DNA from: Paraspadella gotoi
Taxonomy: Eukaryota > Animalia > Chaetognatha
Direction of reading: 5' to 3'
DNA length: 64,000 nt
Assembly: GCA_051294375.1 (NCBI GenBank)
Contig: CM119264.1
Coordinates: 25,599,662 to 25,663,661, forward strand
Of this stretch, positions 15,140 to 47,700 are shown piece by piece (within the stretch, counting starts at the first letter, position 1; each line of letters opens with the position of its first letter). Both the position numbers and the translations under genes were made by a program. Under the pieces are notes generated by a model. It saw only the letters and a program-made list of their open reading frames with translations, ran no database searches and was not told where the DNA came from.

Positions 15140-15949
15140 TCTCTCTCCTCTCTCTCTCTCTCTCTCGTCTCTCTCTCTCTCTTTCCAGAACCAAACAATC
15201 GGTTTTTCCCGGATATTTTTCCCCGTCTTCTCTTTTCATCACCGACGATTTTTTTTTTCTCTTCTTCATCTTCTCTCCCTTCTGTGATTTAGTGTGATTT
15301 CTCTTGATCCTTTGTTTCTCACTTCACCTACGAACTCGAGAAGCAAAGACGACCCGTCGAACTCGGATCTAACCTTCCGCGACATCCTAACCTACCTCTC
15401 TCCATTTAAGCGTTTCCCCCCCTCCACCGCCCCCGCCTTCCGTCCAAAACAACTTTTTTTCCCTTCTCCAACCTGGTTTTCAAAAAGTCATTCCTTTTCG
15501 AGGCAAATTTCCCTCGAGATTTCGCGTCGGAATTTATTGTTTTTTTTGTTTCTTTTTTTTTGCGCGGGAAAGAGAGGTAAGTAGCTCGTCATCGGAAAGT
15601 GGGTATATTCTCATCTTTTGTTTACGATCATTATGCAAAACAGTTCTTAGCGGATTATATATATTTAAAATAAATAAGCTCGATACAAACGTATTTCATT
15701 CTCATTGTACGCATTTATATCCTTTTTAAGTTTTAATCAGCCACTCTTTTCTTGTATCCTCCTTCTGGTCCGCGTTCCCCTTCTCCAACCAAAAATCTCC
15801 GACCTCTCATCTTCATCATCGACAACCCTACGTTCCCTCCGATTTCTTTCAATCTCTTCCCCCCCCTTCCCTCCCCCCTTCTCTTCTACCCCATTTGCCA
15901 CCCACTGGCAATTCTGATCGAGCGCCCTCTTCCTCCTTACTCCTTCCAG

Positions 15950-26623
<10,674 letters not shown>

Positions 26624-26806
26624 GGTTAGTTTGGAAATTCTACGTCAAATTTTTTTCAAGTTTCAGTTTTTAAAGATAATATTTTGTAAGGGCATATACA
26701 ATTATTCATTAATGCATTAAGTGTCAACAAAGAATAAATAATATCATCATTTAAGGAAAAACTCATGAATTTTTAGGTCAAAATCAATACGATTTTATTC
26801 TGAGTA

Positions 26807-26812
26807 AATAAA
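26807..26812 (+). terminator. Candidate polyadenylation signal of the myosin gene
   Basis: AATAAA just after a candidate final exon (ttttag|GTC at 26777). Confidence 0.4.
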
Positions 26813-27183
26813 GGTGACGGTGACACGCACTCAGGAATCTGAATCAATGCTACTGAAACTAACAGAACTAACTTTTTAGTACAAAAAAGATCATGACTAC
26901 CGGGAATGAGAGAAAGAAAGAAAATTAAATATAGTTTAAATTTAACAATGACATATCAGAGCGATACGTTGTAAACCGAACAAGCGCCACCAAAAAAAAA
27001 AAAAAAAAAAATCGTAACGGGCGCCATTTCTCCGGATAAATATTTGCGGACGGGAAATAAACAAGTGGAAGGCGGGAGACGGCAAAGTTTATTCGTTGAT
27101 CCATTACGTCGTAGGACAGAGTCACGCCTCGAGGCAATTCCTCAATAGGACATGGTCCTCTTCTTTTTATGCCTTCTTAGTTC

Positions 27184-27405
27184 TTACATCTCCATCTCCC
27201 TCTTTCTCTCTTAATACCTTTTCACATCTCCATCGCTCTCTTTCTCTCTTAATACCTTTTTACATCTCCATCTCTCTCTTTCTCTCTTAATACCTTTTTA
27301 CATCTCCATCTCTCTCTTTCTCTTAATACCTTTTTACATCTCCATCTCCCTCTTTCTCTCTTAATACCTTTTTACATCTCCTTCTCCATCTCCCTCTTTC
27401 TCTCT
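27184..27405. repeat. ~38-bp pyrimidine-rich minisatellite, 5-6 copies
   Basis: Unit approximately TTACATCTCCATCTCYCTCTTTCTCTCTTAATACCTTT, between the 3' ends of the two convergent genes. Confidence 0.9.
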
Positions 27406-28086
27406 TCATGTCTTATCGCTTCTCCCATTGCCTCTTTCTGTCTTCATTCATTCTTGCTTTTCCCTCTTCTTCTCTACGTCTTCATGTCTTCCTAAATCTC
27501 CCTCTCTCACTTTCTATCTTTACGTCTTTTCGTCTTTCTGTCTTTGTCGAAAAACTAAATTGAACAAGTAAGCATGAAAGAAAAGAAGTAAATACACAGC
27601 CATTTTATATTTTTATTTTCGGTAACCCTACTAAATTATATAAAACTAAAAGCACAATTAAAATGAACAAAAAATAATACATTCACATTCTTTGTAGTAT
27701 TTAAAAATTAAATGGTAATAAATCAAAATGATTGATTATTGTGAAAAAGTTTTGATTAATCAGCAATCCACATCCAAAAAAGTAGCCTTGTGGTGTTCTC
27801 ATATACAGTGTCAGTGTACAAAAAAATAAGTTGGCGAAACTGAATCATTGCTGGTTTGTCTTCTCATGGCAAGTAGCAACTAGGTTAGACTTTAGTATTA
27901 TATGTATAACAGGGTGATATAGCTGTAAGAGAATGGTTAGCCTGATATGGATTGTAACCGAAACTACGTCTCACCTCAGAAAACAGCCCCCTTTCCTATT
28001 TTTCTTCTCAATTCCCCTTCCCTCCTAAATGAATTCTTCCTTCTCTTTTCATCCCTTATTTCCCTCCATCTCCCCTTTCTCCCTTT

Positions 28087-36549
<8,463 letters not shown>

Positions 36550-37153
36550 TGTTCGTGGAAAGTCAGTGTTTACAAAACTACTTATTGTCCAACATACATT
36601 ATTTGGAAGTAGCAAAGCAGAAAAAGAAGAGCATTTGGGGTATCTTTATTTTTATAAGAGTTAATTACGAGGTAAAAAATATTATCTCGATGAAAAGAAT
36701 ATACATAAAATTTAAAAAGTGGCTGAATTATGTTTTTAAGACACAATTTATCGATTTTATACTTTGGAACGAAGAAAGAGCGAGATAAGATTTTCACCCG
36801 GATTAAAAAAAAATCGGATTTGAAAACATAACTCAGAATTAAATAATAAATATATCTAATTTTATTTTTAATTTCTGATTAACTGATAACATGATGACAA
36901 ATATCAAAAATAATAAAAATTTTGGCGTAGAACTGTTTGTCAAATTATTTTATATATATTGTTGCCTCAAAAACCAATTTTCGTTAAATCTTATACACAA
37001 CGAAACGAAAGGATACTATCAATATATATTCTATATTTTCTGTATAACAATGTCTAATTATTTGTGTTCAGGTCATTAACTTAATCGCTCAGTTTTTAAT
37101 CAGGGTGCGATAAAATCCGATCTTTATCGGCGGTTCGTTAATAGATCGATATC

Positions 37154-37207
<54 letters not shown>

Positions 37208-37231
37208 ATGATCTCTCTCTCTTCCCAACAG

Positions 37232-37799
37232 GTTATCCAAGACGAATGCACGACGGCCATCGTCAAGTCAAATCTGCTCAAAGCTCAAGGGATGGAATTG
37301 ACTCCCGACAACACCCCTTCGATGGTCAAAGTTTATTACAAGGTGAGGATGTTAAATTCTTACATTATATCGATATTGATTATCTTCATGTCCAGGTTTT
37401 TGTTGGATCTCATTTTTAAATTTTCGCATATAAATTATAAATAGAAAAAGTAGAATAACCTAATTTTATCTATTTCATATTTATATAAAATTTCTTATTT
37501 TAATGATAATGGCACAGCCACTATAAAAATTATTTATTCATTTAATAAACAAGCTATCTGACCCTGGCTTAGGCGAGGTGTTTATCTAGCTATATATATA
37601 CATATATCTATGTATATACTATTTGAGGTAATATTATCTGTATAGAATATATATCGTCGTTATACCCGTCGTTGACATCGTCTACGACTCAAATATTATT
37701 AATTTATTACTAATGCAATTATATCATTATTAACTCTTTTTGTTTCCTATTCAGCTTCGCGCTTATTCCGACTACAAAATGTCCAAGGGAAAGTTCTGA
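37232..37799 (+). CDS. 3' exons of a small uncharacterised protein; 5' end unresolved
   Basis: Exon 37232-37342 (cccaacag|VIQDECTTAIVKSNLLKAQGMELTPDNTPSMVKVYYK|gtgagg) joins exon 37755-37799 (attcag|LRAYSDYKMSKGKF*) in phase 0. Codons are GC3-rich against AT-rich flanks, and AATAAA lies near 38020. A possible upstream mini-exon is 37072-37104 (VINLIAQFLIR). Confidence 0.65.
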
Positions 37800-38565
37800 A
37801 GGAAGCATACATATACAATTTATACCAACAAGCAATTCTTAACGATCTTTAGAAACAACGAATCATTACATAATTTTTTTTTCGAAGTGCATGATAATCT
37901 CCCACAGACGCCAACCGTTTTCAAACGCATTTGTAGTTTTTGTTTAAAATATACAATTTTTTATTAGAAAAAAAATTATCTGGTATTTTGTGAGTTTAAA
38001 ACTATTTTGCTGCCTAACAAATAAAGTTAAAATATCAAAAGCTGCCTTTTGTTGTAAGAGGTGAGAACGGATCTGACCGCTTTGTTCTGTAATAATTATT
38101 ATCTATTCTGATTTTTTTTAAATACTTATTATCTATTACCGCTTTATAGTATCGCTTACCTAAAGCTTTGATGTACTAAGCTTTATCTACTCATTGTACT
38201 CCCTATTTATCTAATTTTAAAAAACAACCACATCGTTGCCACTTTTTCGCATTTGTTTCGGATTAAGTCACTCAACATCGATGAAATACAACAACAGAAA
38301 TCGACGGGTAAATCGCAATATTATCTCCTTATTTGTATTGATAAAAATTAGCCGAAAACATTGTAGTCTTATTTTTAGTTTGCTAGATGGTAAAAAGAAA
38401 AAAAGGAAAGAAAATAGCGCCAAATCTCTTTCGAAGTCAGCTTTTCACCCCCAACCTCCTCTCTTCCTAATCGATGCCACCCTCTTAGCGTTTCTCTCCC
38501 CCACCCCATCTCCTTAGAACAAGGGGGCGCATCGGGGCGACTGGCCGCGCCTTCGGTCAACGCTG

Positions 38566-38694
<129 letters not shown>

Positions 38695-39795
38695 CATAAA
38701 ATTGGATTCTATGGGCAACGAGGAGTCGCATAACAGTTAACGGTGACGATTCCGCGATTCGGTGACTCGGAAATTTGTCGATCCGTGATGATAACGACGA
38801 CGACGACGACGACGACAACGACGACGACGATGATGACCTCTTCACGAAATCCCTTTTTTTCTCCCACGGGGATTCGTCGAGATTTGGCGGCGCCGAGGCA
38901 GGGCGGGTGAGGCACGGGTAAGGCGCGGGGGGAGGGCGTTGCTAAGTCGATGAGGAAAATCGAAGAATACCGTTGGGATCGTTGATCAAATTGTTTAATT
39001 TATGTTATTGAACTCCTTGTTTTTTTCTTCCACTTGACCAGGTCTCACATTAAAATATTTCAATAATCTAATTATAATCTCGACAAACGGTTATGGCATA
39101 AACTTCACTTAAATGAATAATATTAATCAATAACAATAGCGAGTGATGGTTATTCGAATCATAACGAAAGCTAAAGTTTTTATTAATCAACAAATCTATG
39201 ACCGCAATAAATCACAAATCAGCGTGATAAAAGTTTATATTTCAAAAACAAAATATTAGGAAAGGGTGAGCGACTCGAGGACGCGACTGTCGCCTTTCTC
39301 TAATCTCAGAGTGAATGACGCCCTTTACATCATGATTAATCCTAAAATTATTGATCATTAGTTTAATCAATTTCGGCGTAAAATCAGTTTTTTATATATG
39401 AAATTTTTTTTAATATATACAACCAGCTTAAGCATTTATATATAATTATAAGATATATTTCAAGATAATGCTATTTTCCTTTAGGAAAGTTTCCACCGCC
39501 GAAAACTAGCGCCATCGAATGCCTACATTTATTCCAACGACCAATTTGTCTCTCCTCTCTCTTTCCTTTACCTTTTCAAATTATTGCATAATTTTCTTTC
39601 CTAGGCTAAAACACTACTGTACTTTTTCTATTTTCTTTACTAACTCATTTACTTACTTTCTTTCTAACCCTATTTTCTCGAATGGCAGGAAACATTTTTC
39701 GTCTTTTTTTCGTCTGAAAAACAAGAAAGAATTGCCATTTAGTATACCTCTCTCTCTCTCTCTCTCTCTCTCCTCTCTCCCTCTCTCCTCTGCTC

Positions 39796-39826
<31 letters not shown>

Positions 39827-39928
39827 TTCTCTATTCTCCCACCTTCCCAACAAAGAGTGCTTATTCCCTGTCATCTGTGAGCTTAAGCCCTTCGAAGCCA
39901 AAATCGAAAACCAAGTGGGGAGGAGGGA

Positions 39929-39970
<42 letters not shown>

Positions 39971-40197
39971 GAGAAGATGAGAGCAGAGAGAGAGAGAGAG
40001 AGAGAGAGTGGAAGAAAAGGTGTGACGGGGAGAGAGAGACGAGAAGTAGGAGCAGAGAAGAGGAGAGAGAAGATGACGACTAGAAAAGGAGCATAAATTT
40101 CTCGGTTTGGCATTTGATGAACAAAGGTTGAATGCTCGTTCTAAGAATCCGTCAAGCAACCGATGACGCAACGAGAGTGGGGAACCTAATGGCGTTC

Positions 40198-40271
<74 letters not shown>

Positions 40272-42357
40272 ATGCACAAGTTTCCCATCTCCCCGCATCC
40301 GCAATTATACTCGTTTGAATTGAAGTTCCCCAAATAACTCATTGTGTTATTCATTCACTTTTTATTCCTTTCGCTTCGCAAAAGGCGCGTCTTTTTTTTC
40401 TGCCTCATAGACTGAGGGCCTCTCTGGTGGAGGGATGGTTTGTAGCGAATTGCAAAAATGAAAGAGACCCAAAACCAGAACGAAATGACACCGAAATACG
40501 CGATTGATAAAACATATTTAAAGAACCAACGACCACGAAAAGTAAAGGGCATGAAAACAGAGACAAAAAATCTTAAATAAGCATGTAAGAATCAAGCCAT
40601 GAGATATCATTCATTGTTGATTGCGATGAATAGTCATCATTGACGCCACGATAAATAAAACAACAACAACATGCGTTATGAGTAAAGATGAGAGAGAGAG
40701 ATGAAAGATAGAGAGAGCAGATGACGAGAGAGATGAGGTCTGGACTAGTTTTTCCCGCGCAACGAAACTGCAATTATTAGGCCTCTCACTCGTTGATATA
40801 AAGAGATAATCAGCAATTTTAGGGAAAAAATCCAACGAAAAGATCTCGGATGTAAATTTTGGGAATTTTGTATTTGAGAAAAAAGCCGCCGGAATATAAT
40901 GGCTGATTAATAAAAGTTTTTAGAAAGAAAAAAAAAAAGGAATAGGGAGGAGAGGATGAGAGAGGAGAGATGAGAAAGAGAGAGAGAGAATGCCCTGGAC
41001 AGGTCGCTTGGACCTTGCCCGCCTGGACCGCGCGCTGCAAGAGCCTTGAACTTCATTTTTCGCACGCAATAATGAGCTTAGCCGGTAGGCAACTCTTTCT
41101 CTATCTCTCTCTTTTNNNNNNNNNNNNNNNNNNNNNNNNNTTCTTACCAATAAAAATGTTTTATTTTTCTTAATAAAAAAACTTTTTTTTCTTCTTTTCG
41201 TTTTTTTTCCTCTCTCTCTCCACATCTGGAAAAAGGAGTTATGACAACTCATGATTCCGTTTGACAACGCGGAGACAAAGTGAAAACAAAAAGCCGAAAA
41301 AGGTGAGAGNNNNNNNNNNNNNNNNNNNNNNNNNNNNNNNNNNNNNNNNNNNNNNNNNNNNNNNNNNNNNNNNNNNNNNNNNNNNNNNNNNNNNNNNNNN
41401 NNNNNNNNNNNNNNNNNNNNNNNNNNNNNNNNNNNNNNNNNNNNNNNNNNNNNNNNNNNNNNNNNNNNNNNNNNNNNNNNNNNNNNNNNNNNNNNNNNNN
41501 NNNNNNNNNNNNNNNNNNNNNNNNNNNNNNNNNNNNNNNNNNNNNNNNNNNNNNNNNNNNNNNNNATTGGTGCTGATATTAAATTATTAACAAATTTAGA
41601 GCCCGTGAATCTTTGTACAATCGTAAATGTGAATCCGAGAAAATGTCGACGAGTTTGCGAGCGAAAAGAAAAAAACGCGAAAAAAAAGTCCGAACTCGCG
41701 ACGAGAGCGAAATGAGGAAAATGGCGCTAAAAACTAAAAACGGGGTAAATCTACCGAAGAAAAATAGAGGGAGCTGTCAGCGGAAGACACAAAAGAATAG
41801 AAAGAAGAGAAAAAAAAGGGAGAAAAGAAGGAAAAAGGAAAAAGAGAAGGGAAAGAGAACAAAGAGATGGCGGGAGCTTTCTAAATTCTTCGTCTTGCTT
41901 AACTCCGAGAGAAGATAAAGGCTTTTTTTTTCATCTTTTGTTCTTTTGTTTTTGATTTTTCTCTTCTTTTTCTTTTATTCTTTTTTAAACTAAACACGAC
42001 GGGAGGAAAAGTTGAGGAGGTAGGAAAGAGAGAAGGGAAGAAGGAAAAGGATGGGAGAGGAAAGGAGAGGAGAGGAAAGGAGAGGAGAGGAGNNNNNNNN
42101 NNNNNNNNNNNNNNNNNNNNNNNNNNNNNNNNNNNNNNNNNNNNNNNNNNNNNNNNNNNNNNNNNNNNNNNNNNNNNNNNNNNNNNNNNNNNNNNNNNNN
42201 NNNNNNNNNNNNNNNNNNNNNNNNNNNNNNNNNNNNNNNNNNNNNNNNNNNNNNNNNNNNNNNNNNNNNNNNATTTTATTATTAGTAAATATCATCGTGG
42301 GAGATAAATTTCACCAAAATCCAAAACGGATCAGAGGCTCGGGCGATCGTCGAACGC

Positions 42358-42470
42358 TGATTGGCCGAGATTGAACCGGAATCGACCAATCAGCTTTTGA
42401 GAACAATAGAACTGTCAAAATCACTCTTGCCTCTGATCCTGTCTCTTTGTTATAAATAGTTTCAGTAGCA
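42358..42470 (+). promoter_or_regulatory. Possible Pol II promoter (two CCAAT boxes plus TATA)
   Basis: GATTGG (42360), CCAATCAG (42387) and TATAAATA (42451). No downstream gene was firmly identified. Confidence 0.3.
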
Positions 42471-42812
42471 TTGATCTAGACTCCTGCGTGCGTCTCACTG
42501 TCACCTTTTCTCTCAGAATAAAATCTCGTTTGATTTCGACCTAGAAATCCATGAGTTTTTCCTTAAATCTGGTGACAGGACTTCAGGGCAAGACTCACCA
42601 CTCCTCCGAGAAGCCAAAGCCACCAACGACCACGCCACCTCAAATGGACCCCGTACCCTCAACCTCCGCCGTAGATATTTCCAAAAAACAACGAGACAAC
42701 TTAATCGCAATTTCATTCCTTTTATTTAAAATCATAAATTAATTTTGTAGAATTAATTAGCAAGAATTTATCATTTATTATTTATTATTTATCATTTTAT
42801 GAATAAATTATC

Positions 42813-42917
<105 letters not shown>

Positions 42918-43221
42918 TCTTTGCCGTTTCTCCCAATTTCTCGTCAAATAAAAGAGCAACGCCTCGGCCCCACCCATTAAGAAAGAAATCGACGTCTGTT
43001 GTTGTCTTCCGATTTGGCGATCGATTTTCGTCGTCGTCGTCGTCGTCGTCGTCGTTTTCGTCGTCGTTATGTTCCTGTTTTTTTACCAGTCGTCGTCGTC
43101 GTCGTCGTCCTCCTAAGCGTCGTCGTTGTCCCTTCCTCATTATTCAGGTGCAAGAGATAAGCTCGAAAAGCGACGGCGTTTATCGCCAAAGCGGAAACGG
43201 AATTTCCTCTCCCATCTCTTT

Positions 43222-43410
43222 AGAACTCACCTCTCTTTTCTGACGATCTCACCTCTCTTCTCTGACAAATTCACCTCTCTTCTCTGATAAAATAACCTCT
43301 CTTTTCTGAAGAAGACTTCGTCTAAGTCTAACTCATCGCTCCTTTATGACGAACTCACCTCTCTTCTATGACAAACTCATCTTGCTTCTCTGGCGAACTC
43401 ACCTCTCTGT
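43222..43410. repeat. Degenerate ~22-bp minisatellite
   Basis: Repeated AACTCACCTCTCTTCTCTGAC-like units. Confidence 0.7.
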
Positions 43411-43975
43411 CTCTGTCTCTGTCTCTCTGTCAACCCCCCCTTCCCTTTCTCTCTCTCATCCTTTCCGCTTCTTAATTTCCTCGCCCTTCGAAACCCAACT
43501 CACACCAAAGGCAAAGCCTCGCTAATCTTTTTCCTTTCTTCCAACACGAAGAAGGAGATGGATGGAGATCGAGCAGACCGATATGAGTGTTGTACAACAC
43601 ACACTAGCCGAAACCTTTAGATGGCTCGAGAGCGCGAGTGATCTTCCGAAGTTGTCGATGAGAGGAGAGGAAGGCTAGTACGGTAAAAGAAATGAGTTCT
43701 GTAGCTATGGTCAGACATAGTACGTATGCGGATGCTGATTGCCACGAGCACCATAGATTATGTGGTTTCTGCGCTGAATGATACTCTATCTCGAGGAATT
43801 CTTATCATTTCAATAGTACTTGGAAGGTGACTGCCGCCTATACAAGACAAGTTATATAGGTAACATTCGAAATATATTATTGTATACTCCGTACGCACCG
43901 GAATTTTGGATGTTAGAGTGCGGCATACATTTAGGCGCTGGCGCTCTTCAGGGATACGACATTATATAATTTTTA

Positions 43976-46900
43976 ATTGGTGCTGAGATATTAAAATTAT
44001 TAACACACTGTTAGAGCTCCCTAGATGAATCTTTTGTAGCAATCAGATTATGAGGTCGTCTGGGAGGTGAATCCTGCGTATCAAATGTCGGACGAAGTTT
44101 GGCGAGGGAGAAAGAGAAAAAACGGTCGAAAAAAGAAGGTTCCGAACTCTGCGACGAGAGGCGCAGAACTGAGCGGAAGGACTATGCGCGAGGCATCAGT
44201 CAGCAAATTTGACACGAAACACCTTGTGCGTGCTATAGAACATGGTGTAGCATCATAGAGTTGGAGACTCTCGCGCGAATCCGAATAATAACTAGGAAGA
44301 GCGGTCAGCTGTGCAAGTCGGTAATAGACGACTCATATATCAACGTAATATACAAAGGGTCGGGAAGCGACGAAAGATAGTTAGCGGAAAGAAGAGTCAG
44401 CTTGCGATAAAGTAAGAAGGAAAGAGAGAAGGGATACAGTGCTGGATTATGACAAAAACAGAGATTGCCCATGCGGGAGGCTTTTCTTAAATTCTTGTCG
44501 TCTTGTGACTAACTCCGAGGAGTAAGTGATCGCTAATTAAAAGGCCTGCACTTTCATTCTTCATTTGTCGATAGATTTCTTTGTGTGTTTTGAGTTTTCG
44601 TATCTCTTCTTTCGTCTCTATTCACTTTTTTAAAGCAGATATACATAAACACTGTGATGGGAGGGAAAAGTTGAGGAAGTGCAGGTTGCGCACTTTGTAC
44701 GAAAATGACGAGATAAGCATCCCATGGAAAGAAAGGAAAAAGTTGAGGGTTTTTGGACGGATGTAGCAAATAGAGACAGAGAGGAGAAAGTAGTTGAGTT
44801 CACAGAGGGCAGGATGACAGGAGACGCAATCGAGAACGTATGACGACGGCGGGCCAGAGGGGATCTACGACAGCTTAAGAGTGGGATGAGGTAGAGAGGC
44901 GAGTAGTTTAGCGAGGTTTGATGTTGATAGAGATGAGTAGGCGCATTAGGAGAGTCGCGCTAATACAGCACGCGTATTATGAAGCAAGGAGTTACGGATG
45001 AGCAGCGAAGATAGCTACGGTGATTGGAGGTTACAATCAAGTTGGGTCTGTGCAATGCTAGAAGCTCAGTCGACGGCAGGGAAAGGAGCGAGTCACAGAT
45101 AACTTGAAGGTGGATAGGTGAGTAGCATCAATGGTAGAAAGGCATGACAAGGTGATCGATAGATACGCTTAGAAGTGTTAGCGCTACGAACAAAATAGTA
45201 GTATGGATAAAGGTGAAGTGGGTAGTAGAGTCGTTTCGGGTGAGTGAGTGCGTGGTTATTCGTGCGCCGCTCTCTAACATTTTATTTGGTTAGTAGTAAA
45301 TGATGGCGCATGACGGGCGAGTGCACAATAGATCGTGATCCGCCAGGGACTTCGAAAATCTTTGGCGCGCAAAACGGAATCAGAGGCATTACTATTGGCG
45401 ATCTGTGCGAAAATCAGAAAGCTACTTGACCGGTTGCTGTCGGCACCGCAAGAAATTGACGTATCGCGACCCAAGGTCAGGCTTTGAGAAACATCCCTGG
45501 AGCTTGAGAGTAAGAAAATTAACATGGTATTGTAAACGACACGACTCGATGCATAATGCATTGCTTAGCGTCTTGATGGCTCAGCAGACGTATTTCTCTT
45601 CTCATCCTTTCCCCCTCTCTGTTGATCTCATGGCACAACTGACGGGCTCTTTGCAAGTAGCATTGATTCATGCTGGAGTGCGTGGTCTATTGTCGCTGGC
45701 GTTCTCTCCAGGCTGCTTACTTTCTCTCTCGCTGCACTGCTATCACGAAATGTACAGATCCTTAGAGATGCCGTGTAATACTTATCGTGAGCAACTAGAC
45801 AACTCCTTCCAGGTAGATGTTTTAATCTCGCGCCATGCATGTAGTGATGCGGCAAGTGTTCAGAGGAGGACGCTCTCTATGCGCGTCAGACCTCGGAAGC
45901 TCACGTGACTTTGGAGGACGTATCATTTCTTGCGTGCTTGGAAGATGGTCGTCGCGAGAAGCAAGCCCACCGAAGCAGATCCAGACGAGGCCTTTCTTGC
46001 CGCTTTTTTGGTCGGGAGTGCGGCTTGGGGGTCTCTGCGCGCGCGGGGTCAAGTCTGCGCAACTCGTTGACTAAATGTGGAGGTCATCTCTGCGATTCCG
46101 TATCGCCCTCTCACTGCGCGCACAGTAGTGGATATGCTTTCGAAGAAGACAGACGAGACAGAGCGAGGTAAGTGAAAGGCAGGGAGCGGGAGCAAGTAGT
46201 CTGCTATGCACTCTCCTCTTTTACATGCTTTATCTCACTTATATTGTCATTTATCATATGTGGAGATGACATTAAATCACTCGAGACAAGTCGGTGGAAA
46301 TATAATTAAGATGCACTATTGGGCGTGGTGAGATAGATTGATATGCTTGTCATGAAAGCACAAAACTTTCTCAGGTATACTCACATTATGGCACTTATTA
46401 TAATATTATTTTATTAACTAACGTAATGATCTTTGAAATTTCTTATAATTATTATTATTATTGTTTAAATTATTTTGATCTACTCATAATTATAATAAGT
46501 CAGTCTAGGTATTGACAGGATCATGTATCTTAGCTCTGTTGCGTACTTTTTGTGGTACACCAAGGTAATCTGACTTCTTCTGAATCGATACAGTCTGCAT
46601 ATATAAAAGAGCAACACGCCCTCGTGCCGGCCACCACAACTGGCATTACATAGAGCTAATCTAGAAGCGTGTAACAGAACTGAGCTCATCTGGTTGAATT
46701 GAGTACCAAGTAGAAATTGTAATTATAGACGGCTTCATCGATATCTTTGGCCGTATGCGATTTTCGTTCGCTCGGGTCTCGATCGTCGAGTCAGAGATCG
46801 TCGATATAAGTGAATACGTTATGTTGACAGTCTTTATGCTTAGTTCTTAAATACTAAAACTAAGATAACACGGAAATATAAATTAATAAACACGAAAAAT

Positions 46901-47700
46901 TCAGAATCGACACCCGGTCAGTCGTAGTTCTGCAATGGCGCAATGTCGGTCTAAAACTCTCGCTTTCCGCCATGGCGATAGACTCTCGTCGGGCTCCGGT
47001 GCAATTCGCTCAGGATAATATGATCGACAGTCCAATTCGAGTGAAGAAGAAATATGCACACGGCTACTGAGCAAAGCACTGTGCGTGATTTAGGGGTGCG
47101 AATCTTATCGAGACTCATCACTATGTCGCGATTTACACGAGATTTCCAGTCGCTCCCATACGATTAAACCACAACGGGACACTCTTACGAATTTTCCAAG
47201 GAAATAGGCAACCGAGAAGAAAACGGCATCTAACAGCGACATCGTGCTAGTGCTCAATCCCTTCGATTATTCTAAATATCACATAAGCGAGTTGACTAGA
47301 AATTTCAACATAATCTTGCTTCTTCTTTTGCTGTCGTAGGAACTCACAAAATCAACCGTCTACTATCTTCCTTGGAAGAGAGGAGCGATACAGTCTCACA
47401 GCTTCTTATAGAGGCTCGTCTCGCGTGTTGGATAATGACGAATCGTAATCTGTGCTTCACGTGAAATAGCATGAATACAGAGCTCTCTTACGGCTGCTCT
47501 CGACGCGCGATGCTCAACTACCTCTGTGTCTTCCCTAAGTTCCTGACACTTACTCACCCTTAACTCATTTCACTATCTTGTTTTCCATATTTTTTTTTTC
47601 CAGACCAATAACTCTCTCCGTCAGACGGCCTATTCTTACGAAACCATACCCAACTGCACACCAAAGGCATAAGCCGTCCGCTAATCTTTTTTCGCTTTTC
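43976..47700 (+). other. Insertion-bloated noisy copy of 41566-43545 (assembly artefact)
   Basis: Anchors: ATTGGTGCTGATATTAAATT (41566) vs ATTGGTGCTGAGATATTAAAATT (43976), and CACACCAAAGGCA (43501 vs ~47658). About 2 kb is expanded to ~3.7 kb by scattered insertions. Confidence 0.8.

Noticed and set aside
43560-47560. High-complexity region with several 60-170 aa ORFs, suggesting a TE, virus or horizontal transfer
   Set aside because: It is an insertion-bloated copy of 41566-43545, and the ORFs show no recognisable domains.
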